Shown: positions 11,865-24,298, numbered from the stretch's first letter. The stretch: 64,000 nucleotides of DNA from Octopus sinensis (GCF_006345805.1 NC_043020.1:10292001-10356000); one strand, 5' to 3'. The notes: generated from the letters alone by a model not told the origin. Made by a program: numbers and translations.

Positions 11865-12205
11865 CGTACGTACGTACGTACATACATACATACATACATA
11901 CATACATACTTCCATACGCACGTACATTCATATATACATATGCTTATACACATACATATAGACAGACAGACAGACATATACGTATATACATAATACATAT
12001 ATGCGTACATACATACATCATTCATACATACATACATACATACATACATACACATACATACATACATACTTGCATACACATACATATATACATACATACA
12101 TACACACATAACACACATACATACATACATACACACATACATACATACTTACATACACATACATATATACATACATACATACATACACGCACATACATAC
12201 ATACA

Positions 12206-12239
<34 letters not shown>

Positions 12240-12290
12240 CATACATACATACATACATACATACATACATACATACATACATACATACAA
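11865..12290. repeat. (TACA)n compound microsatellite
   Basis: Direct reading. Confidence 0.95.
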
Positions 12291-12545
12291 GGTTGTCAAC
12301 TTGTTGACGAGTATGACTGCCGCTGACAAATTATCTTAACCTCGATGTTAAAGAAAACAGCTGTCGTCGGCAATGCCTATGCTGAAATTTAAAGTCAATA
12401 ACATCTTCTGCTACACCGATAAGACTCTCACCTACAAAATAAAGAGCAAGATCGGTGGGTGTTGAAGACTAGGAACCTCTCACTGCCATCAGTTGGATGG
12501 TCATTGACTCAATTGAGTTCATTCGTCCTTTGAGATACTCTCTCT

Positions 12546-12969
12546 CTCTTTTACTCTTTTACTTGTTTCAGTCATTTGACTGCGGCCATGCTGGAGCACC
12601 GCCTTTAGTCGAGCAAATCGACCCCGGGACTTATTCTTTGTAAGCCCAGTACTTATTCTATCGGTCTCTTTTGCCGGACCGCTAAGTGACGGGGACGTAA
12701 ACACACCAGCATCGGTTGTCAAGCGATGCTAGGGGGACAAACACACAGACACACCCACACACACACACACAAACCCACCACATAATATATATATATATAC
12801 ATATACGACAGGCTTCTTTCAGTTTCCGTCTACCAAATCCACTCACAAGGCATTGGTCGGCCCGGGGCTATAGCAGAAGACACTTGCCCAAGATGTCACG
12901 CAGTGGGACTGAACCCGGAACCATGTGGTTGGTTAGCAAGCTACTTACCACACAGCCACTCCTGCGCCT
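12546..12969 (-). mobile_element. SINE-B
   Basis: Family consensus. Confidence 0.9.
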
Positions 12970-13894
12970 ATGATGATTTATTTTTCTGCACTGTCTAACG
13001 AAAACCACCCTTCTTACCAAGCAGACTTGACAGGGTGGCCGGTTTAGTCACTGACGGTCTGACTATACTAGGCTACATGTCACCTGTAGCACTAAGAGTG
13101 ACTTTACATATGTAACGGTCAGTGTTTGATTTGTAAACAATAATATGTTGATGTTGAAGTCAGCAGTTGTTACGATAAGAGTTTGTTATTAAAACGGCAA
13201 GTTGTGAGATGTGTAAGATGAACAATGCATGAGGTTTCAAGGAAGTATTTATTTACCGTTACGTTACAATACCTTGCCTCGACGGGCAGGTTAATAATAA
13301 ATCCAAGAGCATGCGAAGTAAACTTTGTGCTTGTGTCCTCTTCATTGTTTTGTAGTAGTAATTGCTGAGACGGATAGAATGATGTTGTAAGAGAACAGAA
13401 TTAGAGCAAGAGAGAATTGTGGGGTGTGGAACGTTGTCTCACAGCTGTTGGCAGTAAACTCCCTTTCTCCCTCTGACCGGTCAGCCAGACTTCGTTCTCA
13501 CTGAGTTGTCACCGCAGTGACTAACTGATTTTTGCTTGTGGTATGCTTGCTTATATAACTATCCAGAAGGATAGATATACCTTTGAGAACAATAGATTTA
13601 GTTGGTGGTCTTGTTGTCTATTCTAGCTTTTGGTGAAGTAGAAGAGGTTAGAAAGGGTCAGGTGGTGAAGACATTGTTTCGGCCTAGCTAAAGGCATCTG
13701 GAAAATGTAAAACTGCTGTCAGAGAAAAACTGTTGTTCCTCCGTGGGAAAAGTTCTGTTGCAGTGTTAATTTAAATTTGGCTATGGTGGATCGTATCCAC
13801 TTCATGCATGCAAGATTCACTACACATACATTTATACGGCGGGCGATAGTTGTTGTTGACAAACAACGGCAGTAATTCTATTCAGCTGAATACA

Positions 13895-14086
13895 CGTCAT
13901 TGATTGGTTGAAATTACCGAAATATGACAACTTTAACACGAAATAACTTCGTAAACATAAACTTTTATAAAAAACGCTAAGAGTAAAAGATATTTTATAT
14001 GAGACATTCTACCAGTATACGAAGTTTGAAAGTATTTAGTTACAAAAAAATATTTTCTAAATCTGCCGGTCAAAAGGTAAAGATCC
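13895..14086. mobile_element. MITE G-related terminal fragment (diverged subfamily)
   Basis: GTCATTGATTGGTTGAAATT..CATTCTACCAGTATACGAAGTTT..AAAGATCC. Confidence 0.6.
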
Positions 14087-14454
14087 GTTTCCATCTACCA
14101 AATTTCACTCATAAGGTATTGATCGAACCAAGGAGATCGTAGAATCCATTTACTCATGATGTCGCGTCGTATGACCGAACCTTAAACCATGAGATTGCGA
14201 TGCAAACTTTTTCAGAAAACAACCACTTCTACGTCTATAATTATATTATTCCAAATCCACGGGATACAGTTTGAGAGAGGAAAGCCTGTAGCGATATTGC
14301 GAAAATATAAAAGATTGTTTTACCAGCTGTATTTTGATATGGTAGCAATCAATAACAGTTTTTGCTTTGCAGCTGTTTCGGGACGAAGGCATAATTATGA
14401 AGTAAAGTGTAATAAAAAAGCGGAGGTGGATGTGTTTAGGTCGAATAGTAATAA

Positions 14455-14490
14455 CTAGCGGGACCCGTGAGTATTTCACGGAACTTATTG
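14455..14490 (-). mobile_element. Helitron 3' end, interrupted by a TIR element
   Basis: Hairpin CCGTGAAATACTCACGG + GTCCCGCTAG|T on minus. Confidence 0.55.
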
Positions 14491-15380
14491 GGGTCGCCGG
14501 TGTAGTATGTGATCTACAGCAACTTAAAACTAGACTAACTTGTGATCTACATTCAAAATTTTGTTATAAATTCGCAATTATTATTAGAAGAGTGAGTTAA
14601 ACATTTAAGAAATAAAAGAAAATGTTTTATTGATTTTTGTTTCATCCAAGAAACATGAATACTGTAACAGCACGGATATCATTTAAAAATGCAATAAAGA
14701 GATTTTGTTCATTTGATCTTAAAAATCTTCCAACAAATAAAATCTAAATGAGATTGTAATGTTTGCAATGGAACACCGCTCATTTTTCTTTCTTTCTTTC
14801 CCTTTTTTTTTTCTTTTTTGAGAAGACGAATCTTAGCTTCCAGCCACGACCGCACAATGAATTGACCGCTAGATGAATTTTAAATGTAGAACAAAACAAA
14901 AAGTCGGTGTAGATCACAAACTATACCGTTTGAACTAATGTAAACCACAATCTATACCAGAAACATGAGTGGAGGCGCAATGGCCCAGTGGTTAGGGCAG
15001 CGGACTCGCGGTCGTAGGATCGCGGTTTCGATTCCCAGACCGGGCGTTGTGAGTGTTTATCGAGCGAAAACACCTAACGGCAGGGGATGGTGGTGATCCC
15101 TGATGTACTCTTTCACCACAACTTTCTCTCACTCTTACTTCCTGTTTCTGTTGTACCTGTATTTCAAAGGGCCGGCCTTGTCATTCTCTGTGTCACGCTG
15201 AATATCCCCGAGAACTACGTTAAGGGTACATGTGTCTGTGGAGTGCTCAGCCACTTACACGTTAATTTCACGAGCAGGCTGTTCCGTTGATTCGGATCAA
15301 CCGGAACCCTCGTCGTCGTAACCGATGGAGTGCTTCCATACCAGAAACATGTATGTAGATCACATTCTACACCGGCACCC
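14491..15380. mobile_element. Unclassified TIR element containing a SINE-A insertion
   Basis: TIR GGGT(C)GCCGGTGTAGWATGTGATCTACA at both ends. Flanking repeat TTATTG (6 bp; 7 if CTTATTG). Confidence 0.7.
14968..15337 (+). mobile_element. SINE-A
   Basis: Family consensus. TSD ATACCAGAAACATG (14 bp). Confidence 0.92.
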
Positions 15381-15991
15381 TTATTGGGTTATTTCTGAAA
15401 ATTTTATCAAAAAAACCCGAAAGTGTAGCCTGTGTTGTGTCTGTATCAAAGGATAGTCGCTCATCTGCTAATCATTGAAAAGTGAAGGAAATTGGAATAC
15501 GATGATTACTTAATGCACTTTATATACTTTATGCATAATTTTATAGACTTAATACAAAGAACTCTCACTCTTCGCCTTACTCTCTTTCCTTTCGCTCTTC
15601 GTCTTTCCCTTTACCTAATCACATGAAAGCGTTACTGACGGGCTAAGTAACGGAGGAAAAGTCTTAGTTTTAAAAAATTGCACATTTCACTTACCACCGC
15701 CTCCCTCCGCTCCCCTCTCTCCCCTCCCCATCTCCCCTCCCCTTGCCTCATCTCAACTGCGTCCCCCACACCACCAACCCCCATCCCCTCAGGGTTTAGT
15801 GGAAGGGGAAGGGATGGAGAGGGAGTAATTACCCAAGGGAGGTAATTGTCATGGGGTAGTTGTTGGGGGGAATTGTCCGGGGGAATTGTCCCGGGGGTGG
15901 GGGTGGAATTGTGGTGATACGATGAGGGTTATGATGGCTTTGCAGACTACAATTAGCGCTTTATATTTATTATAATTATTATTATATTTTT

Positions 15992-16170
15992 AATAATTTC
16001 CACATAAGTAAACACTTTTAAACTTCGTATACTGGTAGAATGTGTTTATTAAACATTTTTTCTCTTGGCTTTATTGAAAAAATTCTATAGTTTGTAAGAT
16101 ATTTGTTGCTTTTTTCTTCAATTTCTGCAATTTCAACCAATCAATGACGTCTATTGAGGTAAAAAACAAC
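15992..16170. mobile_element. MITE G internal fragment
   Basis: Matches the G interior (AAACTTCGTATACTGGTAGAATGTG..GACGTCTATTGAGG). No TIRs. Confidence 0.7.
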
Positions 16171-16483
16171 AACATTCTATTATAAAAATATAATAATAAT
16201 TATAATAAATATAAAGCGATTGCATGATTTGATACGAAGACAATAAAATTGTTGCTAAATAATAGTGATTATTGTTATCACGTGGAATTAAATAAAAGAC
16301 ATAAATATTTTCTGACAGAAAATAAAAAAAGACGAAAAAAACTCCGGAAAAACCAGTGAGCCATTTCCGAGTTGTTGCAGTTGTGGCTAAATTAATGTTG
16401 TAATGACTGCATTAACAACAGCAAAAGGACTTAACCTCAATAAAAACAGAACTGCTCACACCTCTGAAGAAAAATGAAACAGT

Positions 16484-16900
16484 GGCGCAGGAGTGGCTGT
16501 GTGGTAAGTAGCTTGCTAACCTACCACATGGTTCCGGGTTCAGTCCCACTGCGTGGCATCTTGGGCAAGTGTCTTCTGCTATAGCCCCGGGCCGACCAAT
16601 GCCCTGTGAGTGGATTTGGTAGACGGAAACTGAAAGAAGCCTGTCGTATATATGTATATATATATGTGTGTGTGTGTGTGTGTTTGTGTGTCTGTGTTTG
16701 TCCCCCTAGCATTGCTTGACAACCGATGCTGGTGTGTTTACGTCCCCGTTACTTAGCGGTTCGGCAAAAAGAGACCGATAGAATAAGTACTGGGCTTACA
16801 AAAGAATAAGTCCCGGGGTCGAGTTGCTCGATTAAAAGGCGGTGCTCCAGCATGGCCGCAGTCAAATGACTGAAACAAGTAAAAGAGTAAAAGAGTAAAG
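16484..16900 (+). mobile_element. SINE-B
   Basis: Family consensus. Confidence 0.9.
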
Positions 16901-17227
16901 AGAGTGAAATGCTTACACGGTTTTTTATAACAACAATAGAAAAGAGGAAGAAAGTCACAAAGATTCATTTATAATGGGAAAAAAATAATAAAATACAAAA
17001 GGTGCTATTTTTGTCTGAGGTTTACCGCAGTGTTCGTTCGACTACGCCGTGAAATATCTTGATCTGGGTTAGGAATAGCGCTAAGGTTTAAGGTGAGGGC
17101 TTAGGGTTACGGCCAGGGTCTTTACACACTCAAATCACAATTGTTGTTATAGTTTAGCTAGTGTGACCAAGTGAAAAGAATCACTAGACATAGATCAGCA
17201 CCTGAAGAAATAAAGACTATCTTGTAA

Positions 17228-17268
<41 letters not shown>

Positions 17269-17271
<3 letters not shown>

Positions 17272-17571
17272 TTATATATAAAAGTGAAGTTGTGTGTGTG
17301 TCTGTCTCCTACGATTTAGATTCCTAACTACTCCCACATTTTGCGGTGAAGTTTAACCAAAACCGGGTATCTTATAGTCGTGATTCATATCGAGCCCTTC
17401 TGGGTATTAGCGCGCGTCTACGATGAGACTACGATTAAAAAAAAAATTTACCATAATTTTTTCCCATTTTTAATGCATTTTTTTGCTATTATATAAGGGA
17501 TGTAACTATCTAAAAATGCTTATATAGTTATTTCCCTTACAAACCCGAGCAACGCCGGGCGATACTGCTAG
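17269..17571 (+). mobile_element. Non-autonomous Helitron, family H1
   Basis: A|TCTTTATATATAAAAG start, hairpin CCCGAGCAACGCCGGG, CTAG|T end. Inserted in (TA)n with no TSD. Confidence 0.9.
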
Positions 17572-17924
17572 TATATATATATATATATATATATTGCTAG
17601 GAACAATACATGCTTGCCCAAAGTAGTCAGCAACGGACAAGAAGAGGGGGGTCAGTATATATCTCTGAGCTAAGGCGGCGAGCTGGCAGAAACATGAGCA
17701 CGCCGGGCGAACCCAGAATCATGCGGCTGGGAAGCAAGCCCCCCCCAACCGCAATTGCTTGACAAGCGATGTTGGTGTGTTTGCGTCCTCGTAAGTTAGC
17801 GGTTCGGCAGTAGAGACCCGATAAAACAAATATTAGGGTTACAAAGAATAAGTCCTGGGGTCGATTTGTTTGGCCAAAAACCCCTTAAGGTGGTGCTTCA
17901 ACATGGCCGCAGTCAATAAAAGAA

Positions 17925-18515
17925 CATACATACGACGGGCTTCCACACAGTTTCCGTCTACCAAATTCACTCACAAGGTATTGGTCGTCCCGGGGCTGTG
18001 ACAGAAGACACCTGGGATCTTTTCTGTTTGAACGACAGTTTTTTCTAGCGGTGTCATATGAAATTGTCACCCATAATTATAACCCTAGTATCGATCTATT
18101 GCATTTCAATCTCTTTTAGGGTTAGGGTTAGTTAGGGTTAGGGTATCTTTTTTTCTTCACAAATGTAAATAAACCCAATCTGTTTCTTAAACGAGGGACA
18201 TATTCATACGGCATAGAATGTTTTTTTTACCTCAATGGACGTCATTGATTGGTTGAAATTACAGAAATTGAAGAAAAAAGCAACAAATATCTTACAAACT
18301 ATAGAATTTTTTCAATAAAGCCAAGAGAAAAAATGTTTAATAAACACATTCTACCAGTATACGAAGTTTAAAAGTGTTTACTTATGTGGAAATTATTAAA
18401 AAAAACTGGCGGTCAAACCGAAAAGATCCGACAACTGACCAAAATACTGCACAGTGGGACTGAACCGAACATCACGAGGCTAAAAAGCGAGCTTTTAAAC
18501 CTCACAGCCACGCAC
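17925..18515 (-). mobile_element. Diverged SINE-B 5' half split by MITE G (a + strand 3' fragment lies at ~17745-17915)
   Basis: AGAAGACAC..|..CAGTGGGACTGAACC halves on either side of the MITE. Confidence 0.7.
18015..18429. mobile_element. MITE family G inserted in a SINE-B copy
   Basis: GGATCTTTTC..GAAAAGATCC ends. TSD GACACCTG/GACAACTG (7/8). Confidence 0.9.
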
Positions 18516-18711
18516 AACATGAAAACTATATTGCCACTCTGAAATTATGTAACACAATAGAATGTCATTGTAACCTTATATAACATAAATACGGTAAGGT
18601 TTACTGTAACATTATTTCTATTATGTTTGTGTTCTTTATTTAACTTTATAGCGTGGCTTTGTGGTTTTTTTTATTGCCTCCTCTTGACGTTGTGAAATTA
18701 ATACATTTTGT

Positions 18712-19144
18712 GGATCTTTTCGGTTTGAACGGCAGTTTTTTTAAATAATTTCTAGGTAAGTAAAAAATTTTAAACTTCGTATATTGGTAGAATGTGTTTA
18801 TAAAACGTCTTTTTCTCTTGGCTTTATTGAGAAAATTCTACAGCTTGTAAAATATTTGTTGTTGTTTTTCCTTCAATTTCTGCAATTTCAACCAATCAAT
18901 GACGTCTATTGAGTTAAAAAGCATTCTGTGCGTATGAATATGTCCCTTGTTTAAGAAACAGATTGGGTCTATTTACATTTGTGAAGAAAAAAAGATACCC
19001 TTCCCCCTCCCCTAACTCTAACCCTAACAAACCCTAACCCTGAAACAGATTGAAATGCAATAGATCGATACTAGGGTTATAATTATGGGTGATAATTTCA
19101 TATAACACCGCTAGAAAAAACTGCTGTTCAAACCGAAAAGGTCC
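18712..19144. mobile_element. MITE family G, opposite orientation
   Basis: Same TIRs. Flanked by a ~149-bp direct duplication rather than an 8-bp TSD. Confidence 0.88.
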
Positions 19145-19211
19145 TGTTATTGTAACGTTAAATAACATAAATACGGTAAGGTTTACTGTAACATTATTTC
19201 TATTATGTTTT

Positions 19212-19386
19212 TGTAAAGTATAGAAGCCATCTTATCATGGCTAACCACATAGGGGAGGGGGTGTTACTGTAGCTTTATAGCCCCAAGAGATCGCTAACCC
19301 TATGTGGTTAGCCATGATAAGATGGCTTCTATACTTTACATTATCGAGCGATTACTGTTTCAATCTCATTCTGAGATTTAATTATG
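19212..19386. mobile_element. 175-bp insertion: perfect 43-bp-arm hairpin plus 46-nt tail
   Basis: IR 19212-19254 / 19298-19340. 12-bp flanking repeat CTATTATGTTTT (19200-19211, 19387-19398). Absent from the paralogous copy at 18563-18711. Confidence 0.8.
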
Positions 19387-19596
19387 CTATTATGTTTTCG
19401 TTCTTTATTTAACTTTATAGCGTGGCTTTGTGGGTTTTTTATTGCCTCCTCTTGACGTTGTGAAATTAATACACTTTGTTAAATTAGTCAATTGTCTAAA
19501 CGACGAATCAACTAACGCTAGCAGCAGTAGTGTCTTCAGTGAGTTTTGAAACACGTGACACGTAGCTACTCTTATCAGACGTCAATATCTGGAATG

Positions 19597-20015
19597 AGAA
19601 GGCGGCGAGCTGGCAGAAACGTTAGCACGCCGGGCGAAATGCCTAGCGGTATATCGTCTGTCGCTACGTTCTGAGTTCAAATTCCGCCGAGGTCGACTTT
19701 GCCTTTCATCCTTTCGGGGTCGATTAACTAAGTACCAGTTACGCACTGGGGTCGATGTAATCGACTTAATCCGTTTGTCTGTCATTGTTTGTCCCCTCTG
19801 TGTTTAGCCCCTTGTGGGTAATAAAGAAATAGGTATTTCGTCTGTCGTTACGTTCTGAGTTCAAATTCCGCCGAGGACGACTTTGCCTTTCATCCTTTCG
19901 GGGTCGATTAAATAAGTACCAGTTATGCACTGGGGTCGATGTAATCGACTTAATCCCCTTGTCTGTCCTTGTTTGTCCCCTCTGTGTTTAGCCCCCTGTG
20001 GGCAATAAAGAAATA
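19597..20015 (+). mobile_element. SINE-C dimeric array
   Basis: Internal junction AAATA|GGTATTTCG at 19832. TSD AATATCTGGAATG. Confidence 0.9.
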
Positions 20016-20028
20016 AATATCTGGAATG

Positions 20029-20351
20029 TGAAGGCGCGTGGCTTAGTGGTTAAGGGGCATTCGACTCATGAACGTAAGGTCGTGAGTTCAATTCCCGGCG
20101 GCGCGTTGTGTCCTTGAGCAAGACACTTTATTTCACGTTGCTCCAGTCCACTCAGCTGGCAAAAATGAGAAGTACCTGTATTTCAAAGGGCCAGCTTTGT
20201 TGCACACTGGGTCACGCTGAATCTCCCCGAGAACTACGTTAAGGGTACACGTGTTTGTGGAGTGCTCAGTCGCTTGCACGTTAATTTCACGAGCAAGCTG
20301 TACCGTTCATCGTATCAGCTGGGACCCTCGTCGTCGCAACCGACGGAGTGG
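20029..20351 (+). mobile_element. SINE-E: tRNA head + CORE-like segment + SINE-A 3' half
   Basis: GGCGCGTGGCTTAGTGG..GAGTTCAATTCCC, then GTGTCCTTGAGCAAGACAC..GCTCCAGTCCACTCAGCT, then TACCTGTATTTCAAAGGGCC.. shared with A. Confidence 0.8.
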
Positions 20352-20414
20352 TCCTATCGGGAATGACACAACTTGACTTGGTTGCTAGGCGATGATGGTT
20401 TCACTTCTCTATGC

Positions 20415-20602
20415 CACACACACACACACACACACACAAACACGCACGCACACACACAAACACAGACACAAACACGCACACACACACACACAAACACAGA
20501 CACACACACACGCACACACACGCAAACACGCACACACAGACACACACAAACACAGACACACACACAAAAACGCGCCGCACAAACACGCGCTCACACACAC
20601 AG

Positions 20603-20634
<32 letters not shown>

Positions 20635-20661
20635 ACACAGACACACACGCACGCACACACA

Positions 20662-20699
<38 letters not shown>

Positions 20700-20700
20700 C
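20415..20700. repeat. (CA)n-rich microsatellite
   Basis: Direct reading. Confidence 0.95.
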
Positions 20701-20859
20701 ATACGCGCTCACTCAGAAACATGTATGCGGAAGCGGATGAGAAGAGAGGAAGAGATGGAAGGAGAGAGAGAAACATTACAATTTATGAACTGAATGCGAT
20801 TGACGTCAATATTTTCTCTCTCTCCTCGAAAACTGACATAAAAATATGCTCACTCACAT

Positions 20860-20863
20860 AAAC

Positions 20864-20912
<49 letters not shown>

Positions 20913-22345
20913 GGAAGACAGAAGAGAGAAAGGGGGAGAGAAGGGGAGAGAGTGAGAGAGGATGAGAGAGAGAGGGAGGGGCGGGACCCGAAAGACAGAG
21001 GGGGTTAGAGGGGAGGGGGCGGAAGACAGATGGGAGAGGGGCGACGCCAGGTGAAGAAGGGTGGGGAGCTTTGGGTGAGTGGTGTGAGAGAGAGAGGGAG
21101 GGGTGGGCGCGGAAGACAGTTGGGTGAGAGGGTGAGAGAAGGGTGAGAGACGAGAGAGGGAGCGGGGGATTGGGAAGACAAAGGGGTGTTAGAGGGTTGA
21201 GAGAATGGTGAGTTGAGAAGGGTGAGAGTGAGAGCGGAGGGAGGGGGCGGAAGACAGGATGGGAGGGGGGTGAGAGAATGGTGAGAGAAGGATGAGAGAG
21301 AGAGGGAGGCGGAGGAGGGAGACAGAGGGTGGTGAGTGAGAGGGGGAGGAGGGCGGAAGCAGAGGGACGGGAAAGGGCGGGGGAGAGAAGGGTGAGTGGG
21401 TGAGAGCGAGAGGGAGGGTGGGCGGAGGAAGACAGGGGTGAGAGGGTGAGAGAAGGTGAGAGAGAGAGGGAGGGGGCGGAGGTGGAAGACAAGGGGTGGT
21501 AGAGGGTGGAGAGGGAAAATGGTGAGAGGCCTGAGAGAAGGGTGGTTGTGAGAGAGAGAGGGAGGGGGCGGAAAAGACGATGGGAGAGAGGGTGAGGTGA
21601 GAGAATGGTGAGAGAAGGATGCGAGAGAGAGGGAGGGGGCGGAAGACAGAGGGGCGGGTGAGAGGGTGAGAGAATGGTGAGGAGAGAGAGGAGGGGGCGG
21701 AAGACAGAAGGGTGAGAGAGGGTGAGAGAATGGTGAGGGAAGGGTGAGGAGGAGAGAGGGAGGGGGCGGAAGAGAGAGGGAGAGGGCCGAGAAGGGAGTG
21801 AGAAGCGGAGAGAGGGGGAGAGAGGGTGAGAGAGAGAGAGAGGGAGGGGGCGGAAGACAAGAGGGGAGAGAGAGAGGGTGAGAGATGGTGAGAGAGAGGG
21901 AGGGGGCGGAAGACAGATGGGAGAGAGGGTGAGAGGAGGGTGAGAGATGGAGTGGGGTGAGAGAGAGAGGGAAGGGGGGACGGAAGACAGGGGTGAGGGG
22001 TGAGAGATGAGAAGGGTGAGAGAGAGAGGGAGGGGCGGGAGACAAAGGGGTGAGAGGGTGAGAGAATGGTGAGAGAAGGTGTGAGAGAGAGAGGGAGGGG
22101 GTCGGAAGACAGATGGGAGAGAGGTGAGAGAGGAGAGAGGGAGGGGGAGGGATGGGAAAAAGACAGATGGAGAGAGGAGAGGGTGAGAGAATGGTGAGAG
22201 AAGGGTGAGAGAGAGAGGGAGGGGGCGGAAGACAGATGGGAGAGAGGGTGAGAGAATGGTGAGAGAAGGGTGAGAGAGAGAGGGGGAGGGGGCGGAAGAC
22301 AGATGGGAGAGAGGGGGAGAGAAGGGGGAGAGAGAGAAGGGGGAG
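20860..22345. repeat. Purine-rich minisatellite, ~55-65-bp unit GAGAGAGAGGGAGGGGGCGGAAGACAGATGGGAGAGAGGGTGAGAGAATGGT
   Basis: About 25 imperfect units, followed by GA-rich repeats to ~22820. Confidence 0.95.
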
Positions 22346-23194
22346 AGAAAAACATTACAATTTATTGACTGAACACGATTGGCATAAGTGTCTTCCCTTC
22401 CCCTCATACACATAAACACAGAGGAAAGTGAGAGAGAATGGAGAGAGTAGGAGGAGGAGGAGGAGAGAGAGAGAGAAAAAGGGAGAGAGAGAGAGGGGAA
22501 AAGAATACGAGAGAGAGAAAGAGACAACGAGAGAGAAAGAGAATGGAAGAGAGAGAGAGAAAGAGAGAGAAAGAAAGAACATGAGATCGAGAAGGAAAAA
22601 GAACACGAGAGAGAGAAAGAGAAAACGAGAGAGAAAGAGGATGGAAGAGAGAGAGAGAGAGAGAAAGAGAGAGAAAGAAAGAACACGAGATTGAGAAGGA
22701 GAAAGAATACGAGAGAGAGAAAGAGAATACGGGAGAGAGAGAGAAGGGGGGAATAAAATATGAGAGAGAAAGCGAAAGCAAATTCGAGAGAGAGAGATGT
22801 GGGGAAAGGATAGAGGGAGGGAAAGAATTAAAGGAACACTAAAACGTCCAATGTCAAATAGGGTAGCATCAAATCAGCGAGGCAAAATAAGTGGCGGCAG
22901 AACGGCTGCGCCCGAATGTCTCACACCCTTATCTAGCTACCCATCTGGGTTACTAATCTGTACTATAGCTGGGATAGTCAAACTTTCTCTTTTCTGCGAG
23001 AAAGTACTTCAGATGCAAGCAGATGTTACAAATACAACCTATTTTAGGGTACTATTTCTATATCTTCATTTGGCACCAACGTCGCTTCCGAAACCAGATC
23101 AGAACTTAGTTTTGGAAGTGTCGTTTCAAAGAATAGGTTACTCGATATCAAACAATCTTCAGCGCATGTAATTATCGCAGTAAATTATATGAAA

Positions 23195-23589
23195 CTAGCA
23201 GTATCGCCCGGCGTTGCTCGGGTTTGTAAGGGAAATAACTATAAAGCATTTTTAGAGAGTTATAGCCAAAAAATAGCAAAAAATGCATTAAAAATGGAAA
23301 AAAAATTATAGCAAATTTTTTTTTAATCGTTGACTCATCGTAGACATTTTAGAGAGTTCTTCCCTTATATAATAGCAAAAAATGCATTAAAATGGAAAAA
23401 AATGATGGTAAATTATTTTTTAAATCGTAGACTCATCGTAGACGCGCGCTAATACCCAGAAGAGGTCGATAGAATCACGACTATAAGATACCCGGTTTTG
23501 GTTAAACTGCACCGCAAAATGTGGGAGTAGTTAGGAATCTAAATCGTAGGAGACAGACACTCACACAACTTCACTTTTATATATAAAGA
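23195..23589 (-). mobile_element. Helitron H1 with ~95-bp internal duplication
   Basis: Same TC/CTAG ends and hairpin as 17269. The segment TTAGAGAGTT..CATCGTAGAC is repeated. Confidence 0.9.
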
Positions 23590-23755
23590 TTAATTATAAC
23601 TATAATCCATGTAATACTGTTTCGGATACGCCCCATCCTCGCCTCAGAAGCGAAATCAGAACATATCTGTTTTATCCATCCCAGAGGCTTGAAAAGCAAA
23701 GTCAACTTAAGTCGGCCAATCTACAGTTCTTCTAAAAACTTAATATTTAATATAA

Positions 23756-23969
23756 GAGCAGGCGTGGCCGTGTGGTAAGAAGCTTGCTTCCCAACCACAT
23801 AGTTCCTTGTTCAGTCCCACTGTGTGGCACCTTGTGACACCTTGCGCATGTGTCTTCTACTATAGCCTCGGACCGACCAAAACCTTGTGAGGGATTTGGT
23901 AGACGGAAACTGAAAGAAGCTTATCGTGTATATATATATATATGTGTGTGTGTGTATGCGTGTGTGAGT

Positions 23970-24008
<39 letters not shown>

Positions 24009-24298
24009 CGTGTGTGTGTGCGTGGGTGTGTGTATTTTTGTCTGTGTATGTTCCCCATCACCACTTGACAATCGGTGTTGGTGTGTTTACGTTCCTGTGA
24101 CTTAGCGGTTTGACAAAATAGAACAATAGAATAAGTACAAGGCTTAAAAAAAGTAAGTACTTGGGTCGATTCATTCGACTAAAAAGTTTTCCAACTGCGT
24201 GGCACCTTGGGCAAGTTTCTTCTAATATAGCCTCGGGCCGACCAAAGCCTTGTGAGTGGATTTGGTAGACGGAAACTGGAAGAAACCCGTCGTATATA

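Noticed and set aside
20854-22686. 610-aa, 388-aa and 346-aa Ser/Pro/Leu-rich ORFs
   Set aside because: Translations of the purine minisatellite, which lacks stop codons in several frames.
22797-23171. 124-aa ORF in non-repetitive sequence
   Set aside because: No recognisable domain or splice context, and it starts in GA repeats.
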